Shown one piece after another: positions 20,296 to 31,439 of a stretch of 64,000 bases of DNA (the first letter of the stretch is position 1; each line of letters begins with the position of its first letter). Below the pieces are notes generated by a model. The model was not told the origin of the DNA, ran no database searches, and saw nothing but the letters and a program-made list of their open reading frames with translations. This DNA comes from a virus (taxonomy: Duplodnaviria > Caudoviricetes). The stretch lies in IMG/VR virus record IMGVR_UViG_3300032007_000027. One strand, given 5' to 3'. A program made the position numbers and the translations under genes.

Positions 20296-23200
20296 ATGCC
20301 TAATTTAACACAAACCGTTCCTTATGATTTTGATGAATTGTTTGAAGAAGCACGTAAAATACTGTATGAGTCCGGCTTTGATGTTTCTGACGGTTCAAAT
20401 ACCACCCAGCTTGCATCTTTAATGGCTTATTTTATCAATGCTTTAAACGTTAATACATCAGCAAATATCAATGAAACATTGTTGCCGTATGCAACAATCC
20501 GCAGGAACGTTTTGCAGGATGCAAGAGTATTAGGTTATGAATCAAGACATATAACATCGTATCAGTACCGTATAACAATGAAACTTGAAATACCCGATGC
20601 CGTTATTGAGGAATTTAATAATCTTTCTAATGATAAGAAACTGCAGTTTACTACTATAAATAATGAGACAAATTCAATAAAACCGTTTAAGATTTATCAT
20701 TTTAACCGGTATGATTATTTTACTGCCGGTTCTAAGTCTTATTATTATTTCGGTGAACCGATTGCTATTTCGGTTTACTATGATATTGAAAATTCATGCC
20801 TTGCATTATCTCAAGACACTTTAGATTTGACTTTTAAAGAGGGTGAACTGATTACCTATGAGGATGATGTAGCGTCACTTGAACAGACTATCGGCTCTGT
20901 TACTGTAAACGGGACAAATATTGTCCGTAATTATATAGATATTCCATATACAAATGTGGAAGAAAACGGAATTGAATGTTTTGTGACATATTTCGATGAT
21001 TCCGGTCATCTGCAACAGTGTGTTGAATTTTATCGTTCTAACGATACATTCCTTGAAACCGAAACTTTACTTGACGGAACTTATAAACATAAATTCTTAC
21101 GTCAGGATGATTTGGATATGGAAACACCTAGAATATATTTCAAATATGCCGGATGCGGCGAGGGTGTCCCATACGGCTCTTTAGTACAGTTAAATATTTT
21201 AATCAGTTCCGGCTTGAACGGTTCGTTTGATGGTGAACCATCATCGGTTAACTTTTCAGGTATTGAACTTGAAGATTTTATTAGTGTTGATAACGTTGAA
21301 CTGATTTCAAATGCTACAAATCCTGAATCATTACAGTCAATTAAGGATAATGCACCTAGGGTTTATAACTCTGCACACCGTCTTGTAAGTGTAATTGATT
21401 ATGAAAGTGCATGTAAACGTAATGAGCATGTAAAAGATGCATCGGTATGGGGCGGCGATGAAGAATTTCCTAAATCTCCGGGGCATATCTGGTTTTCATT
21501 CTTTCCAGAAAAGAGCGATACAAGAATTTTAGTTGACGTTGACGGTAATTCATCCCATTATCATTATAACAATGCCGATACCGGCACATATAACTATCTT
21601 TATAAAATCAAGGAAGATGGTTTATGGTTACTTTACGGTATTAACAGATATACTGAAAACGGTCAAATCAAGTATAAAAAAGTAACAGACAATTCAGTAC
21701 CTAACGATTCTGAATTGCAGCGTATTCAAACCTTGATTGACAACTTAAAAGAAAAGGAAGTACTTGATAATAAAAATCTTAAGAAAGTATATAATAATAA
21801 TTATATATTAGATTCTGAAATCAAGTATAAAAACAACATCTATAACAGTGATACCGGAAAAGTATTAACTCATTATTCAGGTGTATGGGGCGATTTAGAG
21901 GGTCAGAGAATCCCTAGTCTGATATTCCATCACAGACACCCTATATACATCAACTTTGATTATGAGTTTGATATTTTAAAGTATAATAAGAATACCGATA
22001 TATCGGTAATACATCAGAATTTATTCCAGTGTCTTGATAATTGTTTCACCGGTAAAGATGAAACATATTATCTTGAGCATTTCAACTCTGAATATTTCCA
22101 TACTAATATCATTAAAAGACTTGATTATAGAATATCAGATTTGTTCGGTTTCAATTCATGGCTGAATACATACCTTGTATTGAATGAGAAAACATGCTCA
22201 GTTGAGCAGTGGGATAATGCTTATAAAGACATTTACATTCCTTTAGCTATGCCGTATGAAACCATTTTTGATGATGGCAATCTTGATGTAACTAGAATTC
22301 CATCAATAGATACTGAGAATTTTATATCTTATGATATATCACAAGTTGACGAAAAAGATGCATTTGAGAGAGATAGTTTAAGTGATAATGAAAGCTATCT
22401 AATCAATAAAAACACTATCAATCTGTTAACAGTTGGGATCTATACAGACTGGGATGAGATTAAAACGGATATTATCGGTAATAACACTATTGATAATGAT
22501 ACCGGATTGGCAGATACCACTAAACAGCAGGACAGACTTGCATTAGTTGCACCGGTACGTGCAAAGATTACAAGAACCTTTGATGCACCTTATACAAACA
22601 CTTTACAGACTGTTTCATTAGTTGGATTAGACCGTATTGAAGATACCTATTATGTTCTTGAACTTGGAACAAATGTGGTAGAAGAAGGCTGGCAGAAACA
22701 TGAAGATGAAAATCTGTATAAACGTTTTGAAATCTTAAAGATTAAGAATATCAAGATGCGTAACGATAACGGCACATACAGCATTGTAAGTGAAACCCCT
22801 TATGATTACTGTGACTGCGGTTATAACTGTGAAAATCAGAATGATTTAGATGATTTTTATCAGAATATCGCATTTTACAAAGATTCTAAAACTGTAACCT
22901 ATACTCATATGGCAGGAATTGCACAGATCCAAGGTGAAGTAATTCATGATAAAATTGAATACAATACCTATAAACTGTGTGTGCGTAAATCATGGTATGA
23001 TCGAAAGATTAAACATACAGATTTAGATTTAGATGTTATACAGATTTCATTCAGCACCTTATGCGGATGGTATTATATTTTCAATGGATTCAAGAAAGAG
23101 ATTTTAATTCATCTGTTTGTCAATGGGTATGATGAAAGCTTTTCGAGGGCTTTAGAGGGATTTTCAAAGAACAAAGAGGGCAAACGGCAGCTTGAAGAAT

Positions 23201-23655
23201 TTTCTGATACATGGGCTACAGATGAAGTTGATATAACCGAGGTAACAAAGTATATTGACCGAACCTATACCACACCGGCAGCCTATCTGTATTCAAAAGA
23301 TGAAAGGTACTTTAAGACATATGAAAACACTTCAAATCCTTTAACCTTTAAAAAGGCAAAGAACAATTCTTATGATGTGATGTTTGAAGATGGTTCAAAT
23401 CTTAATTATAAGTATTATTTAACTTTTGAGGGATATCTGGTAGACCCTGAGAATGAGGAAAACCAGCAATACATAGATCAACTGGTTAGAGCATTTGACC
23501 CTTGTATGTATCTGCATTCACCTTTAACTTATGATATGTTCAAGGTTGATAGATATTTGAATCTTAAATATCCGTCAAACAATTTCAGAGTTATAAAGAA
23601 TGTAATCCCTAGACTGCATGATGTAACCTTTAAAAATGCGTCTAAAATACATTAA
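20296..23655 (+). CDS. Baseplate wedge subunit (gp6-like)
   Basis: DFDEL, NE..L..AT.R.NV...AR.LGY, ES..SIK.NAP....S..R.V...DY, WGGDE. Confidence 0.9.
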   Translation: MPNLTQTVPYDFDELFEEARKILYESGFDVSDGSNTTQLASLMAYFINALNVNTSANINETLLPYATIRRNVLQDARVLGYESRHITSYQYRITMKLEIPDAVIEEFNNLSNDKKLQFTTINNETNSIKPFKIYHFNRYDYFTAGSKSYYYFGEPIAISVYYDIENSCLALSQDTLDLTFKEGELITYEDDVASLEQTIGSVTVNGTNIVRNYIDIPYTNVEENGIECFVTYFDDSGHLQQCVEFYRSNDTFLETETLLDGTYKHKFLRQDDLDMETPRIYFKYAGCGEGVPYGSLVQLNILISSGLNGSFDGEPSSVNFSGIELEDFISVDNVELISNATNPESLQSIKDNAPRVYNSAHRLVSVIDYESACKRNEHVKDASVWGGDEEFPKSPGHIWFSFFPEKSDTRILVDVDGNSSHYHYNNADTGTYNYLYKIKEDGLWLLYGINRYTENGQIKYKKVTDNSVPNDSELQRIQTLIDNLKEKEVLDNKNLKKVYNNNYILDSEIKYKNNIYNSDTGKVLTHYSGVWGDLEGQRIPSLIFHHRHPIYINFDYEFDILKYNKNTDISVIHQNLFQCLDNCFTGKDETYYLEHFNSEYFHTNIIKRLDYRISDLFGFNSWLNTYLVLNEKTCSVEQWDNAYKDIYIPLAMPYETIFDDGNLDVTRIPSIDTENFISYDISQVDEKDAFERDSLSDNESYLINKNTINLLTVGIYTDWDEIKTDIIGNNTIDNDTGLADTTKQQDRLALVAPVRAKITRTFDAPYTNTLQTVSLVGLDRIEDTYYVLELGTNVVEEGWQKHEDENLYKRFEILKIKNIKMRNDNGTYSIVSETPYDYCDCGYNCENQNDLDDFYQNIAFYKDSKTVTYTHMAGIAQIQGEVIHDKIEYNTYKLCVRKSWYDRKIKHTDLDLDVIQISFSTLCGWYYIFNGFKKEILIHLFVNGYDESFSRALEGFSKNKEGKRQLEEFSDTWATDEVDITEVTKYIDRTYTTPAAYLYSKDERYFKTYENTSNPLTFKKAKNNSYDVMFEDGSNLNYKYYLTFEGYLVDPENEENQQYIDQLVRAFDPCMYLHSPLTYDMFKVDRYLNLKYPSNNFRVIKNVIPRLHDVTFKNASKIH

Positions 23656-23768
23656 AATATTTGACATATATATTATAATATTATAATATAATGTTTTGAA
23701 TATAGTTCATTTAATCCAAAAATTTTGTCGGGCAGCTTGGTTTGCCCGGCTTTCAAAAGGTTTTCATA

Positions 23769-24590
23769 ATGGAAAAAGTTAATTTAAACGCTGAATTCTC
23801 AGAAGATGGCACATACATAAGAAAAAACAGTCTTCCTACCAAAAAAGTTAAACCGGTTGAAGTTAAAGAACCTGTAGAAGTACAGGAAGTTCAAAAGCCT
23901 TTAAATGTTAAATTCATAAGTGATAATGAATTCTACCTTAATGGAAAGCATATAATATTTGATAAATGGAAAGTAAAAACGAGGTCTGAACTTGCAAACT
24001 GCAAGACATTCATTGACCGCCGAAATGTTCTAGTTTATAACAATCTTAAAGAAAAAGTGCCGTTGGATTCTGAAGAATTCAATTATGTATTATATAAGAT
24101 TAGAGATTATTCATTTAAGCAACCGATTAAATACACTTTTACATGCTCTGAATGTGGAAAGGAATATGAAGTTGCTTATGATTTAGCTGATTTATACCGT
24201 GGCTGCAACGGTTATTCGGAAGATCGTGAGTTCACCCATGAAATTGACGGTAAAACTGTTAAGATGGTATTTACCCATCTTTCCGAGAAAGATTTTCCAG
24301 AATACGAAAATGTAATTGCCAATGAGGGTGATGAGTTTAATATATTACTGATTGATTTTATATATCATATTAAATCTATAAATGATGTTATTATAGAAGA
24401 CCGTAATAAATTAAGAGATGAACTTGAAAACTGGAACTCAGATGTTTTTGAGATATTTTTTAATGATTATAATTCAATCAAATTCTATGTAGATACAGTA
24501 AACAAGGTTAAATGCCCTCACTGTTTGAAATCTGAGATATTTAACTTTGATGAATTTCCTAACTTCTATCCTAATTCGTGGAGTTTGTGA
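23769..24590 (+). CDS. Baseplate hub assembly protein (gp26-like)
   Basis: IR.YS....Y.FTC.ECG and C-terminal CPHC; start taken at MEKV. Confidence 0.6.
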   Translation: MEKVNLNAEFSEDGTYIRKNSLPTKKVKPVEVKEPVEVQEVQKPLNVKFISDNEFYLNGKHIIFDKWKVKTRSELANCKTFIDRRNVLVYNNLKEKVPLDSEEFNYVLYKIRDYSFKQPIKYTFTCSECGKEYEVAYDLADLYRGCNGYSEDREFTHEIDGKTVKMVFTHLSEKDFPEYENVIANEGDEFNILLIDFIYHIKSINDVIIEDRNKLRDELENWNSDVFEIFFNDYNSIKFYVDTVNKVKCPHCLKSEIFNFDEFPNFYPNSWSL

Positions 24591-24739
24591 TTCTTGAATA
24601 GATTAAGGAAAGGCGATTAAATTGAAACGGATTTTGAAAATTATTGAATGTATCGAATTTGACGAACACAGTAAAACTGTGTCGTTTTCAAAATATTGAC
24701 CATATGTGTTTTAAAGTAATCGTTCACGAAGGATTAACA

Positions 24740-25456
24740 ATGGAAAATATTGAATCACAAGATGTTACAGCATACTCTCTATACAGCGTTCAGCAAAAAG
24801 AGAGGACAAAAATTAATCCGTTAAAGGATTTGTACCCGGATTTACCTTGTAAAAAATATGCTGTTATATATGCAGATCCGCCATGGGATTATGGTGGCAA
24901 AATGCAATATGACAAAACTATCATAAAAGATGAGAATGTGGGTTTTAAGAAAAAAATTTTTATCAGTTCCGCGGAATTTAAATATCCAACGTTGAAGTTA
25001 AAACAACTAAAGGAACTTAATATCTTGTCAATAGCTGAGGACGATTGCATCCTTTTTATGTGGACAACCGGACCTCAAATGGCGAACGCAATTGAGTTAG
25101 GTGAATCGTGGGGTTTTGAATACAAAACTATTGCTTTTGTTTGGGATAAAATGGTTCATAATCCCGGACGTTATACGTTAAGTCAGACAGAATTTGTACT
25201 AGCCTTTAAGAGAGGAAAGTTTCCTCAACCGAGAGGGGCAAGAAACATAAGACAAATGGTGCAAGTTCATCGTGGAGAACATAGTGTAAAGCCAGCTGAG
25301 GTTATTGATGGTATAACTAAAATGTTTCCTGAACAAAATAAAATAGAATTGTTTGCAAGAAATAATTATATCGGTTGGGATAATTGGGGGCTAGAGATTC
25401 CTGAAAGTAAAATAGAAATTATAACCGGGGTACTAAGTGCGGCTAGTGTAAGCTAA
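24740..25456 (+). CDS. MT-A70 family N6-adenine methyltransferase
   Basis: YADPPW, LF.WTT, WGF.YKT..FVW.K, HS.KP, ELFAR; ATG at 24740 with AAGGA RBS. Confidence 0.9.
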   Translation: MENIESQDVTAYSLYSVQQKERTKINPLKDLYPDLPCKKYAVIYADPPWDYGGKMQYDKTIIKDENVGFKKKIFISSAEFKYPTLKLKQLKELNILSIAEDDCILFMWTTGPQMANAIELGESWGFEYKTIAFVWDKMVHNPGRYTLSQTEFVLAFKRGKFPQPRGARNIRQMVQVHRGEHSVKPAEVIDGITKMFPEQNKIELFARNNYIGWDNWGLEIPESKIEIITGVLSAASVS

Positions 25457-25618
25457 ATTTATTCTAGGCATGATGAGAACGCAAGTGACTTCCTTGCCAT
25501 TGCATCAAGATATACAAAATTGCAAATGCTAAATGAGGAATAACAATTTTGACGTTGCTCTCAAAATTATGATTTTTTATTTAAAAAATATAAATATAAT
25601 AAAAAAGGTTTTTTAAAT

Positions 25619-26131
25619 ATGAAAAATTGTAATTGTGACTGTCATGAGATTCCGGCGGACAGAAAATATATTTTAATGAAACCGCTGAATTTAAAACATC
25701 GGACATTACCGGTTGGAACTATTATCACAGGACCGATAAATCCAATCTGGTTTGAAGATAATATTGTTAAAGTCTATAAAGGAAATGTAAAACCTTTATC
25801 GCTGGAAGATATTATACAGACTTCGGTTGATTATGATATCAGAATCGAAAACGATAAAGATATTATAATTTCGGAATACATGGAAGATGCAAATAACATC
25901 GAAATTGAAACTGAAAAACCTTATAATAAATGCCATAATCATAAAAAGTGTGATTGCTGTAACAAAAAATGCTGCTGCAAAGCTAAAAATATTGACAACT
26001 CGAATGCAATTATATACGATGTAGGTGAAGCATCGAGAGTGGCACTTGAAGAAAAGGCATTTATCGAAAAATTGCGTATGAATACTGAGCATCCCGGCGG
26101 CAGTATTCTTAAGAAGAAAAGTTTGTATTAA
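25619..26131 (+). CDS. Cys-rich hypothetical late protein
   Basis: TATAAATA upstream; CDCCNKKCCC. Confidence 0.65.
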   Translation: MKNCNCDCHEIPADRKYILMKPLNLKHRTLPVGTIITGPINPIWFEDNIVKVYKGNVKPLSLEDIIQTSVDYDIRIENDKDIIISEYMEDANNIEIETEKPYNKCHNHKKCDCCNKKCCCKAKNIDNSNAIIYDVGEASRVALEEKAFIEKLRMNTEHPGGSILKKKSLY

Positions 26132-26148
26132 ATAGAGGAAACATTAAA

Positions 26149-26628
26149 ATGCGTAAAAATTTTGGCGAATTCGGCAACACAAAGGGTTATCGTGATACTA
26201 TGTCTATGCGCCGTAAGGCAAGACTTCATGAAGAAGAACTGACCTTGCAGGAAAAGATTGAAAAAATCTGTAATGATAAAAAACTGTTCAAGGAAAACTT
26301 CTGGAATCTCCGTCTTTCTGAAGTATATATTGAATGCGGTCAGGATTTAAAAGAATATGCCGATGACACTGAATGGTGGGGTGAAAAATTCTTCCAGTTC
26401 GTTTTAAAATCATTAAAAGACAATAATGAAAATAACGAACCATTAACACATGGCGATATAGACTGTTATTATCTGTTTGATAATGAAGATTACGATGCAT
26501 CACTGTATACATTCTATAATGAAAACGATTGGATTGAAGCAGTTCGTGAAATGTGCTGTGATAAGGAAATCTGGGATTACGACAATGAGTACATTGTTGA
26601 TGATGAAGATGAACTGATTCTTGAATAA
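26149..26628 (+). CDS. Putative internal protein
   Basis: Basic leader ending RRKARLHE then acidic body. Confidence 0.55.
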   Translation: MRKNFGEFGNTKGYRDTMSMRRKARLHEEELTLQEKIEKICNDKKLFKENFWNLRLSEVYIECGQDLKEYADDTEWWGEKFFQFVLKSLKDNNENNEPLTHGDIDCYYLFDNEDYDASLYTFYNENDWIEAVREMCCDKEIWDYDNEYIVDDEDELILE

Positions 26629-26693
26629 GATTTTTGTCCCTCTCTCATTTTTATATGGGGGGGGGTATTAAATTATAAAAAAGGAAAAATACA

Positions 26694-27110
26694 ATGAAAA
26701 AGAGAAACGGAATTAATATTGATGATGAATTAGAAAACATCATCGATACGTTAGATGGTCTTGATGCAGATGAGTTAGTAGTTATTGCTGATCATATATA
26801 TGTTTTGCTTGATGATGAATCTATAGCATTTTATGCATCTTTTACTGAATATCTAGCAAACTATATTGACAGATTAGATAAGAGAGCAATCGACTTCATT
26901 TGGAGTAGTTTATTTGGTTCACCAGATCCAATTGGTAAATACTGGGATGACCCTTGTTATCAAGATGATGAGAAAGATCTTGGTTTACGATATGCAGATG
27001 AAGAAACATTGATTAAAATCATAACTAAACGTATTAAAAAATTCGTTAATAGCAGAGAATTTAACGAAAAAACGTTTAAAGAGATTGTTGATTATTTGCG
27101 AAATTATTAA
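26694..27110 (+). CDS. Hypothetical protein
   Basis: AAGGA RBS. Confidence 0.6.
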   Translation: MKKRNGINIDDELENIIDTLDGLDADELVVIADHIYVLLDDESIAFYASFTEYLANYIDRLDKRAIDFIWSSLFGSPDPIGKYWDDPCYQDDEKDLGLRYADEETLIKIITKRIKKFVNSREFNEKTFKEIVDYLRNY

Positions 27111-27226
27111 AAATCACAAATCAATAACTTCTAAAAAATCACTTTTCAAATGCTTACACGGAATTCAAAAATTCCGTGTATGTTACTTTATGCTTTCCCG
27201 AAATTCCCCCTTTTGCACAAATTTAA

Positions 27227-27682
27227 TTATACCGAGATTTTTAGCGGTGTTCCCAACACTTCAAACATTCTGGCTAAATCGTTTAATGATGTTGTTTTAT
27301 TTAATTTTAATTTATTAGACAAATTTGCGAAAGATATATTTAACTTATTTGCAAGATCTGTTTTTGTAATTTTTAAATCATACATTAAATTATTAAGCAT
27401 AAATTTAAGTGCTAAATCATAATCAAGTTTAAGATTATAGTTACCATGTTCATAAGCTTTTGAAACAGGTACTTTTCTTTTTAATGCTATATCTGCTTTG
27501 AACATATCAATAATACAACTTTTCGCCATTTTTTCAGCGTCTTCTAAAGAGTCTCCTTCTGTAAAGTAATAATCATCGGTTTCCAGATCTTCAATAGTTG
27601 CTGAATAACCGCCATCATCCAAAGCTTCATATTTCACGTTAAAATACAAAAAACTATTCAATTCCATTTTGACAAACTCCAA
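27227..27682 (-). CDS. HicB-like antitoxin with C-terminal HTH (orphan)
   Basis: GGYSA...DL....FTEGDSLEDA..MA plus XRE-type HTH. Confidence 0.8.
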   Translation of the reverse strand: MEFVKMELNSFLYFNVKYEALDDGGYSATIEDLETDDYYFTEGDSLEDAEKMAKSCIIDMFKADIALKRKVPVSKAYEHGNYNLKLDYDLALKFMLNNLMYDLKITKTDLANKLNISFANLSNKLKLNKTTSLNDLARMFEVLGTPLKISV

Positions 27683-27782
27683 CTTTCAGAAAAAGTATTA
27701 ATTTTCAGGTTTCACCCCAAAATTCACTAATTGTATTGAGATTGCACATGAACCACAACAAAAATCATTAAATATATTTAAC

Positions 27783-28607
27783 TTACACGGAATTTAAATA
27801 TTCTGTGTATGTTACTTTATGATTTCCCGAAATTCCCCCTTTTGCAGCATTGAAGTCTAGTTTGATTGCTTTATCATTGAATGCATAACCCTCGGAAATG
27901 TACAAAGGCACGTTGAAACGTTCTTTAAACATTTTGATAAACTTATCATAATCTAAACTGTGTTGATATTTTGCGGTGTTCTTATATGGTGGGTCAATAT
28001 ATACTACAGAATTAGAATCTATATCAAGATTGAGCATTTCAAATACATCGGAATGATAGCATTTCAAGCCTTTCATGCAAAATGCAAGGGCATTGACACG
28101 GCTAAACAACTCATTTGGTGATGGTTGCATCGGATTAACTGGGCTTTTACGGTTGCTTGTTTCAGTTGGTTGCCAGTATGAACGGAAAGAACTCGTTATC
28201 CAATGTTCAGAGTTTCTTGTTATCTGTTTTCCCCCGAAAGATGCTGCTTGCAATATTGTATATAATTCCGCTTCATGCTCGATAGGCTTTTTAATCAGAT
28301 TTTCAAAATATTCTTTATATTCAAATTTATCTTCCGGCAAATCATCAATATACTGTCTAAACAGTTCAATATTGAATGTTCCAGAGCCTATTGCATTCCA
28401 GAAAACACCCCAAGAACTTGCATCACACATAATAATATTTTCAGGTTTCACCCCAAAATTCGCCAATTGTATTGAAATTGCGCCCGAACCGCAACAAAAA
28501 TCATAGAACTTTGTTCTATCATCTGCATTTTCAATCAAAATTTCACAAATTTGCTTTGCAAGACGCTGTTTTCCGCCTTGATATGAGCATGGTGGCAGTA
28601 ATTTCAT
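27783..28607 (-). CDS. Dam-like DNA adenine methyltransferase
   Basis: YQGGKQRLA, DFCCGSG, YIDPPY. Confidence 0.9.
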   Translation of the reverse strand: MKLLPPCSYQGGKQRLAKQICEILIENADDRTKFYDFCCGSGAISIQLANFGVKPENIIMCDASSWGVFWNAIGSGTFNIELFRQYIDDLPEDKFEYKEYFENLIKKPIEHEAELYTILQAASFGGKQITRNSEHWITSSFRSYWQPTETSNRKSPVNPMQPSPNELFSRVNALAFCMKGLKCYHSDVFEMLNLDIDSNSVVYIDPPYKNTAKYQHSLDYDKFIKMFKERFNVPLYISEGYAFNDKAIKLDFNAAKGGISGNHKVTYTEYLNSV

Positions 28608-28737
28608 TAAAAATTCCTAAAAATATTAATTATTAATATATATTATATATATAAAACTATAAAAATAAAATTTTCTATTAAAAAATATCTGTTTTCAAGT
28701 ACATTTCAGTGGGGAAAAGTGGGTTTAAGTGGAAAAC

Positions 28738-29060
28738 TGCTCAAAATGGCAATAAACTTTTGAGGTTTTGAAATAGTTTATTGCTAGTTTGAGGGGGTTT
28801 CTAGGGTTTTAACTGCATAGAGCAAGGCTCTTTAGTCTTAAAGAACCACAAAAAGTTCTGAAACATGCTCAAAGTGTTAATAAACTTTTGAGGTTTTGGA
28901 ATAGTTTATTGCTAGTTTGAGGGGGTTTTTGAATGATTTTAACCACTTGTAAGATACTAGAACATGGTTCTTGATGGTTACAGACCTTAAAAGTGGCTCA
29001 AAATAGCGATAAACTATTTAAGAATCGCAAAGGTTTATTGCATGTTTGGGGGTGTTTTTG
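28738..29060 (-). repeat. Intergenic repeat array C (3 cores)
   Basis: GCTCAAA..ATAAAC-N18-GTTTATTGC..GTTTGAGGG units. Confidence 0.85.
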
Positions 29061-29240
29061 AAGTTTTGTTGATTTTGAATGCTGTTTTGAGGTCTTGAAC
29101 CGGTTCAAAGTGATTACAGATTGATGTTAATACTGCTTGAAAACATTCAAATGTGCATGAAAAATAATTTTTTGTATAAATACTATATATAATAATTATA
29201 ATAAATTAATAAAAATCTTATATAAAAAGGAATAAAAATT

Positions 29241-30899
29241 ATGATTTTAACAAATACTGGTGTATTAAAACTTATGCAACGCATTAAAAGTTTTATAACA
29301 TCTCAACTCAATACAAAAGCTAATAGTGTTCATACGCATTCAATCTCTGAAATAGATGATTTATCCAGCCTACAAATGGGGGGGGGGTACACTAAAAGTG
29401 AAGTTGATACCCTTTTAAACGGTAAATCAGATACTTCTCATACTCATACTAAATCTCAAATAACAGATTTTCCGTCATACGGAACAACTGCAAATACAAT
29501 TTGTGAAGGTAATGATTCAAGATTAAGTGATGCTAGAACCCCTACATCACATACCCATACGAAAAGTGAAATAACGGATTTTCCTAGTTTAGCTACAGTA
29601 GCTACATCTGGAAGTTATAATGATTTAAGTAACAAACCTACAATTCCAACTGTCAATAATGCTACTCTTAAAATTCAAAAGAATGGAACTGACGTTAAGA
29701 CGTTTACTGCTAATGCTAGTTCAGATGTTACTTGTAACATAACTGTCCCTACTAAAGTTTCTGAATTGACAAATGATAGCGGATTTTTAACCTCACATCA
29801 ATCGTTATCAAATTATTCCACTTTAGCTAATACAATTAAATCATTATCAATAAGTGGAAAAACAATAACTTACACAAAGGGTGATAATACTACAGGTACT
29901 TTAACAACTCAAGATACAACTTATAGTAATTTTGTTAAATCCGGTAGCGGTGCTAAAGCCGGTCTTGTACCAGCACCTAGCACAACCGCCGGAACAACAA
30001 AGTATTTAAGGGAAGATGGTACATGGCAAGTACCACCTGATCACACTTATACAGTTAATAACGCTACTTTAACTATTCAGAAAAACGGAACGACAGTTAA
30101 GACATTTACAGCTAATGCTAGTTCAGATGTTACTTGTAACATTACAGTTCCAACTAAAACATCGGAATTGACAAATAATTCAGGATTCCTAACATCACAT
30201 CAAAGTTTATCTAATTATTCCACTTTAGCTAATACAATTAAATCATTATCTATAAGTGGAAAAACAATAACTTACACAAAGGGTGATAATACTACCGGAA
30301 CTTTAACAACTCAAGATAATAATACTTGGACTGCGATGAAAGGTGCCACTAGTTCATCCAATGGTTCAGTAGGTTATGTTAATGCTGTCCCACCTAAAGA
30401 TGGTTATAACACTAAATATTTAAGGGCAGATGGTACATGGCAAGTACCACCTGATCACACTTATACAGTTAATAATGCAACTTTAACAATTCAGAAAAAC
30501 GGAACGACAGTTAAGACATTTACTGCTAATGCTAGTTCAGATGTTACTTGTAATATTACAGTACCAACAAACACAAATCAATTAACTAATGGTGCAGGAT
30601 TTATAACAAGCGCAATAAAAGAGGGTAGTATTAGTGACTCTGGTTGGTGTTTGTTATATGGAGATTTACTAATCCAGTGGGGGTCAGTGGTTTTTGATGG
30701 TCAGGGTACGCATACTTTTAGTAAACCTTTTTCCAACAAACCTTTTGTTGTTATGAATTATGGGGACACCTCTGCTTATGATGCACCATGTACAATAATG
30801 AACGAATCGACAACTAAAACTTATTTCTCCGCTCGTAATCACAACGCAGCAGGAGGATGGCGATGCAATTGGATAGCTATTGGTAAAAAGGGGTATTGA
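29241..30899 (+). CDS. Tail fibre protein 1 (gp53-like C-terminal tip)
   Basis: HxH repeats, VATSGSYNDL modules, tip GW..L..LLIQWG...F.KPF...WIAIG; G10 tract. Confidence 0.9.
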   Translation: MILTNTGVLKLMQRIKSFITSQLNTKANSVHTHSISEIDDLSSLQMGGGYTKSEVDTLLNGKSDTSHTHTKSQITDFPSYGTTANTICEGNDSRLSDARTPTSHTHTKSEITDFPSLATVATSGSYNDLSNKPTIPTVNNATLKIQKNGTDVKTFTANASSDVTCNITVPTKVSELTNDSGFLTSHQSLSNYSTLANTIKSLSISGKTITYTKGDNTTGTLTTQDTTYSNFVKSGSGAKAGLVPAPSTTAGTTKYLREDGTWQVPPDHTYTVNNATLTIQKNGTTVKTFTANASSDVTCNITVPTKTSELTNNSGFLTSHQSLSNYSTLANTIKSLSISGKTITYTKGDNTTGTLTTQDNNTWTAMKGATSSSNGSVGYVNAVPPKDGYNTKYLRADGTWQVPPDHTYTVNNATLTIQKNGTTVKTFTANASSDVTCNITVPTNTNQLTNGAGFITSAIKEGSISDSGWCLLYGDLLIQWGSVVFDGQGTHTFSKPFSNKPFVVMNYGDTSAYDAPCTIMNESTTKTYFSARNHNAAGGWRCNWIAIGKKGY

Positions 30900-30902
30900 T
30901 AA

Positions 30903-31340
30903 ATGTATTCAATAAATCAAATATTTACAAATGATGAAGATTACACTAATAAAGCAAATTGGTGTAATGAAAATGGTTGTTATATCGACGAAATTGAACC
31001 ATTAGAAGATGGAACTAGACAATTTCAAATTAAAGCACCTCAAGAACCTACACAAGAAGAACTTGTAAGGCGGAGAATTGATGAAATTAAAGTTAAAGTT
31101 CAGAATGTGTTAGATGCTAAAGCACGAGAATTGGAATACGACGATGGTTTTACTTTAGCAACATATGCAACATCTACTAACGAAAGGTATAGGAATCAAG
31201 CAAATCAATTTATCGCATGGAGAGATAATATGTGGGATAAATGCTATGAAATTTTAAATGCATTTAAAGCTGGTGAAATTGAAATGCCTACTGTTGAATA
31301 TGTGTTAGAAAGATTACCTAATTTGGAGTGGGAAGAATGA
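30903..31340 (+). CDS. Tail fibre assembly/chaperone-like protein
   Basis: A.WCN.NGC.I.EI..; LD..A....YD...TL..Y.......A..FI.WRD. Confidence 0.75.
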   Translation: MYSINQIFTNDEDYTNKANWCNENGCYIDEIEPLEDGTRQFQIKAPQEPTQEELVRRRIDEIKVKVQNVLDAKARELEYDDGFTLATYATSTNERYRNQANQFIAWRDNMWDKCYEILNAFKAGEIEMPTVEYVLERLPNLEWEE

Positions 31341-31439
31341 CAGATTAACAGTACTTGAAGAACTTTTTAAACAATATATTACTAAATAATTAAAAACGCC
31401 GACATAAATTGTCGGCTTAAATATGTCAGAAAGTCAAAT

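Noticed and set aside
26657-26665. G9 tract as a phase-variation switch
   Set aside because: It is intergenic and pairs with upstream CCCTCTCTC as a probable terminator stem; no clear coding consequence.
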